DNA of 16,198 bases from Ginkgo biloba (taxonomy: Eukaryota; Plantae; Ginkgophyta), in contig JANKJI020000004.1 in the NCBI GenBank assembly GCA_024626585.2, forward strand, positions 132,591,222-132,607,419, written 5' to 3'. Positions within the stretch are counted from its first letter, which is position 1. Every line of letters starts with the position of its first letter. The position numbers and the translations under genes were made by a program. The notes beneath the pieces are model-generated. The model made no database searches and was not told the DNA's origin. It worked only from the letters and a program-made list of their open reading frames with translations. This document shows positions 8,820-16,198 of this stretch, in pieces.

Positions 8820-10609
8820 AGTGTTTGCTCACGCAAGCTACACAAGTGCAATGTTGACTAAAATCTTTCTACACTAGTATTGGAGCTGCCAGAAGCACTC
8901 CCTTCGATATGTAACAATTGTATGCATCACTTAGTCCCATTGAATGCTTTTTGGTCATCTGTAGACATTAATTTACTTTCGATCTACTGGAGAAACTGGG
9001 AAATAATTATGAAAACTTTGCTTTACATGAACCTTTTGGCCTGGAAAATAGATCTTTTTGTTTGGAAGAATGTCTTTGCAGCATAGGGATTCTTGTGCCC
9101 TTCAAATCAAGTGGTTGCATGTGCATAATTTTCCTATTTTCTAACCCTACAGAGTCCAAACAAGTTAACCTGTCTCCAGGAACTTACCAGGTTGGCCATA
9201 GGTCAAACTGGTTGCACCAAACAGCCAAAAAGTAAATACAAACCAACTCTAAGATAAGAAATGGCGGCCAAGGTAAATTTTGGTATCCCAAAGCCAACCT
9301 CAACATCTTTAACTGTGATGCATTGCCTGCTAGGGTATTTAACGCCTACATAAGCATATGGAACCCACATTTTTCAGATATCACTTCAGAAATCTGTCTT
9401 CTATTGCCCTAAAGCATAAGTACTGCTCCATACACCCATCTGGGAGACACGTCAACATCTCGCCCTTTATTTTCGGCCCTATCCTTGGGGTATGCTCTCT
9501 CTAAAGGTCTTCCCCCCTGCATCNNNNNNNNNNNNNNNNNNNNNNNNNNNNNNNNNNNNNNNNNNNNNNNNNNNNNNNNNNNNNNNNNNNNNNNNNNNNN
9601 NNNNNNNNNNNNNNNNNNNNNNNNNNNNNNNNNNNNNNNNNNNNNNNNNNNNNNNNNNNNNNNNNNNNNNNNNNNNNNNNNNNNNNNNNNNNNNNNNNNN
9701 NATTAATTGGGGTAGAAGCATACGCACATCAATGATAGCTTGTTACCTCAGTAGGATGTGTCAAAACCCCACTCCCAATTTGGAGAAGTGTCCTGAAATA
9801 ACCACCAATTCTTCAAGGAGTCTGTTGTTCCTCTTTTTTGTGTACTTAGTAAAAGTGGGAAGCAACTTTCTGATACTCTCTATGCAGTAAACTCATCATA
9901 TATATCACAAGTTGGTCCAAACAATCCAGCTGGCAGGACGAGCTCAAGGCAGCTTCTTCTGAGCAAAGAGGGAGGGGTTTTCAATACTCAAAGACTTAGT
10001 ACAAAGTCAATGCTCACTTTTTGCAGTACACTCACTGCGTATACTCAAATTTGATCCAGAAATCTGTTTTTATTAATTTTCGACACATATTTCACCAACA
10101 ACATCCTTCAATTAGAACGTTTGATGGATAAGGTGCCTTTTGAGGTCATTTACATACCATATACTACCTTTGATAGATGGACCCTAGTTGGTCCCTTCCT
10201 TTGAGGTAAATTGCCCTTAAAAAGTTGTTCTGCCACCTAGACAATCACCCTTGGTCCTCATCTTTGCATGTGCAGCCAACAATCATGATGCATAGGTGAT
10301 AACTATGAATGAGTAGCTTGATCTGCTTTTCAATGTGACTGACTCGAGTCATGCGCTCCTAAGGATCTGCAGTGGCTTCAAATTAACTTAATCCCCTTAG
10401 GGCCCCTCAAGCCCTCCAATTCCTTCTACAGTGCCTGAAGGCTTTGCGTTTCGCATTTAACTCAGTTATGGAGCCCAACAAGGTCTTCAATATCACTCTT
10501 CATGCAGCCAAACTCTTTCTTATGACTTTAAGTGCTTGTCTTAGGATTTTCCTCTGATTTTTACTAAGCTTTGTGCAGATCTTTGTGCCATGACAACGAT
10601 AGAGTTTCA

Positions 10610-10667
10610 CAATGGATAATGCTGTAGCCTAGGGATATGACGATTGCAATGGATAATGCTGTAACCT
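10610..10667. repeat. 21-bp direct repeat, 37-bp period
   Basis: caatggataatgctgtagcct (10610-10630) and caatggataatgctgtaacct (10647-10667), 20/21 identical. Confidence 0.85.
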
Positions 10668-12673
10668 CAACTTACTGGGATGATACTTATATGAAGCATG
10701 TATGAAGCACTTTGGAGATNNNNNNNNNNNNNNNNNNNNNNNNNNNNNNNNNNNNNNNNNNNNNNNNNNNNNNNNNNNNNNNNNNNNNNNNNNNNNNNNN
10801 NNNNNNNNNNNNNNNNNNNAATCCTTATTTCATGCAAAAGACTTCTTGAACTGGATATAACTAAGGTTGTTGTAACTCCACATAAAGATCCATCTCCACT
10901 TCTAGATGCCTATTTGTCTGACTCGATTTGGATCGACCTTGATTCAAACTAATTTTTAAAAAATTTTGCTCTCGAGTTAAGTTGTTGAAACGTCGCTCCT
11001 TTTCCTTTATGTGCTGCTAGTTTTACTAGCTATGCATTGTGCCTTTTCCTCCTATGCTTTGATTTTTTTCTGAGTCTTTAAAACCTAAAACTTAGATTCT
11101 TTTCGAATCCCGAACCCATTTTCTTGGCTAACACACGGCACAATCTAACTTGTGGATAGTGAAATAAAGAGATAGATATTCATGTAACCAAAGAATCTAC
11201 AAGTATTCATGAATCTAATAATAAAATCCACACTTGATTTCAATTCATAGATTTGTAAGGCATAAATTGATAATTGAATATTCGGTTGATTATTCTCAAT
11301 CTCCAACTTTAATCCATTATGAGAATTATCTTAATACAATTTTTTATAGGAAAATCCTAAGACATACTTAGTAAACCTAACTCTAATTTGGAAAAGTGCG
11401 TTTTAGGCTTCTTTCCTTGATGAGCCAATAATTCCAAAAATAGCTAACCAGTTATTTGAGGAAATATACTCTATCCTAATGGATTATGATTGCAGGGTGT
11501 GTGCCCTTGGACCTATCATAAACTAGATAATTAATCTAATTACCTTTATTCTAATTAATTAATTACTCAAATAATGATTTTCTAATCCAAGTGTATCATA
11601 TGGCCTTAGTTGCACAAACCTTGCAAAATAATGATCAATTTAATTAAATATATTGATACGAGAATAATTAGATAAGCAAAGCTAATTTCTACTCATATCA
11701 TATCACATGGGATTCACCTGAGTCTAAAATTTTAAAATGAGCAAATGGTCCATAAAATATTCTAAAGTTATACTATGATTACAAATGAGGTTTGAATGCC
11801 CTTATATATTCAAATTTTACCTTCTTAAGTTAAATCGTAGTTTATTTTTGTGGAGAACTTAGTATATCTTTCTAGAGTGTTAATGTTATTTCCTTTACAA
11901 ATATAGGCCACCACTTATTTCTACTTGATTATCACAATTATTCACAATCATATACATAGTTTGGAGAACATTAACATGCCATCCCATCTTAATATGCTTT
12001 GCCCTTAAAGTGTGACTTACCATTGTCCAATTACACTCTCGCATTTATAAAACCACCTTGGGATATAGGAATCTCCCCTTGGGTTCATTAGAACACCATA
12101 AGGCCCACAAACTTTAAGAAGAAACTTTTAAGGAGCACTATTTATCAATGTTAGTACCAAAGGGAGGAAGGAAGCTAACACTTCAACCTACGAACTTGTA
12201 ATTTGCATTGATGAAGATCTAGTATCTTGTAAACACTCTTAAAGAACTAATATGACTTTTAGAGATGTTTCCATATTGGATATGCTCACAAACAATATTT
12301 AGAGTAAGCACTTAGCATACAATTATATAAGAAATCACTTAAAATAAAAGTGTAGTCTTAGATAACCAAGACTTTTTCTCTTATGAACAAAATGTATTTT
12401 ATATTAACAAAAAGGATGTTTTGTTAGTTACTAGAATCATGAACCAAAATCCAAGATGAGACAATTTTCACACATACAAAAAAAGATTCAAACCCTTCTT
12501 CCTCATGGGATTTGAAGATCAAGCTTCAAATTTTTTTACAAAACCCCTAATACATAGAATTTAAGACCCATTACATTGGAATTTTAATCATGCAATTACA
12601 TGGCCTTGACTGGTGTGCCTTAATTTTTCATATGTATGCATGCTTCTAGTGGGGCTTTCCAATTTACATTACA

Positions 12674-12924
12674 TGACGTCAAAACCTTTAGTAACCATAT
12701 TTTGAAAGAGGTGTGCATATACATGCATGGCTAGGGGGAGCAAAATAAAAACCCTAGCAAAAATAAATAATTTTGTGACTTACGTTTGTCAAACATTGAG
12801 GAAGCAAGCGAAAGGTCGGGTATATTAGGTTTTTCTTTGCAGCTAAATTTCTTACCTCAAGGTTGGTGATAATCTGCGTTTCAATTCTATACTGCGAATC
12901 GTCGGCAATTGCTACGAGAGCCCA
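12674..12924 (+). promoter_or_regulatory. Promoter/5'UTR-like island upstream of the MED6-like fragment
   Basis: Palindromic TGACGTCA (12674-12681), CATGCATG (12722-12729) and telo-box AAACCCTA (12749-12756). There are 9 CpGs in 12781-12940, against none seen in 13081-13620. Confidence 0.45.
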
Positions 12925-13056
12925 ATGGAGATTACGAAAATGCAAGGACAAGATGCTCAGCCTCTGCCAGCCACAGATATGATTGGCATCATGTATAGAG
13001 ATCAGTTCTAGCTGGGTTTTTATCCCCTCAACTCATTGTCCGTTTTTTATTTCTTT
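12925..13056 (+). pseudogene. MED6: N-terminal fragment of a Mediator of RNA polymerase II transcription subunit 6-like gene, with an in-frame stop
   Basis: Translates as MEITKMQGQDAQPLPATDMIGIMYRDQF*LGFYPLNSLSVFYFF. It aligns without gaps to the plant MED6 N-terminal block as I recall it (PP.TDMTGICFRDQLWL..YPLDRN.VFDYF). The conserved Trp codon is TAG (13009-13011). Similarity ends near 13056. Confidence 0.75.
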
Positions 13057-14453
13057 TTGCTTCTATATAACTTCAGAGTGTAGATATAATAATTTTCTGT
13101 AGTTGAATGTTAAAACTTGAATGAATAAGAATACATTCACCAAAACATGTTTCTTCAATTATATTTTTTAGCTTTTAAATTTAATACAACCATATATTAA
13201 TAAAGATGCTTACCAAATGGTCTCTAAGTACAAACTGAAGCTTTGGTTCATTGAAGGNNNNNNNNNNTAACACATATATTTATAGTTGCCTCTGGCATTT
13301 ATAAATTATGTGCTATACCTACCAATAATAATGAAGTGTGTGAATCCTTTATACATAGGATCCTTCATCAAGTTTGTGAAGAGGTGATGTGAGATAGATG
13401 CTTCTTAGGGTATGTGTATTTTTGGATGGTAAAAATATTTGTCCTTATTGAATTGCCTTTCTCACCCTTTTGCTCATAAATCCCTCTTCATCTTCATTTT
13501 AGCCATTCATTTTATGTTGCTAATTTGGAAAAAGAGATTTCTCTACCCTGGGCAAACATAGATATGTCATTATCCAAAAGAATTTGAGCAAAAACCCATT
13601 AAGTTGGTGATTTGAAGGTGGGTTCTTTTTCTTTAGACGTAGAATGCTGCTTTCGTCTTGCCTACATTTTTGTAATCTCCTATGGGTCTGTTCTTCTCTG
13701 CAATTCCTTCATGTGCTTTTTGATGTCACCTTCCAAAGCCAGTTTCTCAGACAATAACATAGATGAGTGAAAGTTCATTTTATGCTTAATTTGTTTCATA
13801 TCTCTAATGAAATTTGTGACAAATATGTGTATCCATGTGATTTGGTGTTTTCTATGTGTATAGCAGAAGCAATTTAAAGCAATTGTAAATTACATTCATA
13901 AGGTGCAGTCATATGTAAAAGATTACTTTTATTGAAGAAAAGAAAATAACATGCTTTGCAAATCTTTATATCAAGCTTTGAAGTGGAATTAATTTCCATG
14001 AAAGTTACAGAGCTTAATATCCCTTAAATGGGATTGATTATTAGAGTGCACAGAATTGCTACCTCACACAAGGATCAACATACAATTTGCAAACTAAAGT
14101 CTTGACCTTAAATCTTGAAGAAGGAAGAATTGGAGAACTGTCTTCAACCTTTGTTTGAGCTTAGTCTTTTTTTTACGTCTCTTTCCAAAATCTTTCGAAG
14201 CCGTTGCCTTGTTGCTAACCCTAGCTTCTGTGTTCTAGTGAGCTTTTATAATACTCCTAGATATAATTGTCAATACAGTTACCAAAATGTTCGTTTCAAC
14301 TTCTTGGTTGTAGTTGGTTGATGGGGACATTGACCATGTAGCAAAGGCATTGAAGTTTGTGCTGAGATGGAATGTGAAAAAGTCTAAAGTGCTGTAATGT
14401 AGTGCTAAGCCTTGTTGCTTCTCTGTAAGAGCCTTTTGTCAAGTGAGAACTTG

Positions 14454-14750
14454 TTGTATTTTGTACCTTTCTCTGACTTTACATTTTGCTCCACTCTGTT
14501 GATTTTCTTTGGCCAATCTCAATTGTTGATCTGGCAATGCATTATACTATTACATAATCCTTTGCTATTTGTCAGAGCCTTTGTATTTTTGCATCGTTTT
14601 CTAACTTTGCACTTTGCTTTGTGCCATTGATCTTCTTCAGTCTATCTTTGTTGTTGTTCTGTCAGAGATGGTGACCTTTGCTATTTGTTGGAGCCTTTTG
14701 TATTTTTACCTACTCCAACTCTACATCTTGCTCTGACAATACTTTGACTG
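14454..14750. repeat. Degenerate T-rich tandem repeat, 117-127-bp period, about 2.5 copies
   Basis: Units start ttgtatttt at 14454, 14581 and 14698. Shared blocks are cctttgctatttgtcagagcctt (14559) versus cctttgctatttgttggagcctt (14675), and ttgattttctttggccaatct versus ttgatcttcttcagtctatct. Confidence 0.7.
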
Positions 14751-15372
14751 TTGTCAAAGTTTAGCTAAATTTCCTATGTTATATAGGTGTGCTTTCAACA
14801 ATCTGCTATTAGATTCTGGAACTGCATTACGTGGGGCTTATGGATCACTCAAGCTTTCCACTGTAACAGTCATTATGGTGTTGGATAAATCGCCCTAATA
14901 TGAGCGTTTGCTTGAGTTTGTCTTGGAGCTTGTTGCAATTTACAAACTTGTCTATGCTTTTTTTTTATATCTATATTGGAATGAAAGTTGTATTACAAAG
15001 GCAAGCAGATTGTAGTGCAATTATGTTGTTGAGATACTTGGATCACTGATATTACATGATTAACCAAAATTACAAAACAATTTGAGTATCTATGACAAAC
15101 CTAGGCTACTAGTAGCCATAATACATATTTATATAACTACATAATTGAGCACATTGCATTAACAAGGTCAGGATAGATGAAATCAAAATGGGAAGAATAA
15201 GAAGAAGGTTTCCACTTGAACTTGTAGGGGAATAGTGAAGTGATCCCACTCTTTATTGCTCGGTGTGTCAACAATGCCTCAATTGTTCATCTTGGTTGCT
15301 TCTCGATCTTTCAGCTTTGGGTCTGGCAATAACTATTCATTGATAGCATCCGTTAGAGAGTCTACTTCCACG

Positions 15373-15610
15373 TCAAAGGAATTCCATGAAGACAGGGAGA
15401 AGGAGGGAATTGGAATGACCCATATGAAGTTCTCCTGCTAATACTCTAGAAAGTTGAATTGAAGATTTTTTATTGAGTTTGGATTATTATGNNNNNNNNN
15501 NNNNNNNNNNNNNNNNNNTCAAAGGAAATCCAAGAAGACAGGGAGGGAGAAGAGGTAGTTGGATTGGCCCATATTAAATCCTCTTGTCGATATTCTGTGA
15601 AGCTAGATTG
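15373..15610 (-). repeat. Diverged ~90-bp direct repeat (15373-15461 and 15519-15610) within a decayed minus-strand ORF
   Basis: tcaaaggaattccatgaagacagggag...catatgaagttctcctgctaatactctagaaagttgaattg versus tcaaaggaaatccaagaagacagggag...catattaaatcctcttgtcgatattctgtgaagctagattg. Confidence 0.8.
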
Positions 15611-16198
15611 AGTAGAATCTACCAAGATTAGATCATTAAAACCTTTTGTAAAGAGAGATCGATTTTGGATCACATAAGGATGTATCCAAAGACATCGTAG
15701 TGGTTGGGAGAGGGAAGCCATACATCTTTGGGGAGGGATTTAGTGAGCCGGAATCCATCGTGGGAATTGGAAGTGGGTTAAAGGGAAACAGAGGAGAAGG
15801 TGCAGATGGGATACATAGTTACCAAGGAAGGTTGGCAACATGATTCGAAGAAGATTAGCATTCGATATAATGGTTAGGAAATGTCGATTGAGGGCATCTA
15901 GTGGCAAATCGATCATGTTACAATTATTAACTAAGATGGGACAAAAAAACATGAAAATAGGAGGAATGAAAGGGATAGAAGGAATGGGAATGGAAGGATA
16001 GAATTAATACTCTCACTAGAAGCACTCAACTAAACCCATTTTATTTATTTCCTCTCATTTTTATACTTCCTACTACAATGGTTGGTGTAGTTAGGCATTA
16101 CTAGAAATTAACTAGCTTTGATCATTTCTACAACTATTTATTTCTAGATTAACCTCTTCTCTAAGAACTATTACAACTTATTTTAGATATCCTCTTTC

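Noticed and set aside
10610-10667. Repeat-spacer-repeat (21 bp + 16 bp + 21 bp) that superficially resembles CRISPR
   Set aside because: Only two copies, the spacer is too short, no cas genes are present, and the context is eukaryotic and intronic. It is a simple local duplication.
11140-12740. AT-rich, repeat-like stretch with LTR-like motifs (tttataggaaa, gggggag)
   Set aside because: No paired termini, TSD, PBS or coding remnant could be identified. Left unannotated.
12940-12980. Possible next PNPase exon (KC.../RCSASA-like reading)
   Set aside because: No acceptor in the required phase and no LS.YAP motif. Another frame matches MED6 much better.
14666-14720. Phase-1-compatible acceptor giving EMVTFAICW... 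as a PNPase continuation
   Set aside because: Only EM matches. The rest is non-homologous and lies within a tandem repeat.
14787-14862. Exon-like unit after ttcctatgttatatag, with two open frames (e.g. CAFNNLLLDSGTALRGAYGSLKLST)
   Set aside because: Weak donor (gtaaca) and no recognisable homology to PNPase, MED6 or anything else. It cannot be supported without RNA data.

Overview
Eukaryotic land-plant nuclear DNA from a draft assembly: AT-rich, CpG-depleted, with 11 N-gaps. The TE-filled introns suggest a large genome such as a gymnosperm (inference). The core is six consecutive, in-phase, GT-AG-bounded exons (5557-7777, + strand, 691 nt, 230 codons + 1 nt) of a chloroplast-type polynucleotide phosphorylase (PNP1/RIF10-like), covering the second, catalytic RNase PH domain. 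No preceding or following PNPase exon is visible, so both flanks are probably very long introns. The left flank holds two decayed Ty3/gypsy pol remnants in opposite orientations, one ending in a chromodomain and polypurine tract, plus a probable LTR piece rich in W-boxes. The right flank holds an LTR-like segment, degenerate tandem repeats and a decayed minus-strand ORF with a codon-conserved internal repeat. It also contains a CpG-retaining promoter/5'UTR-like island followed by a nonsense-mutated N-terminal fragment of a Mediator subunit 6 (MED6)-like gene, which the ORF track missed. I see no evidence for a wholly new multi-gene system. The nested MED6-like fragment and the orphan repeat ORF are the best leads.
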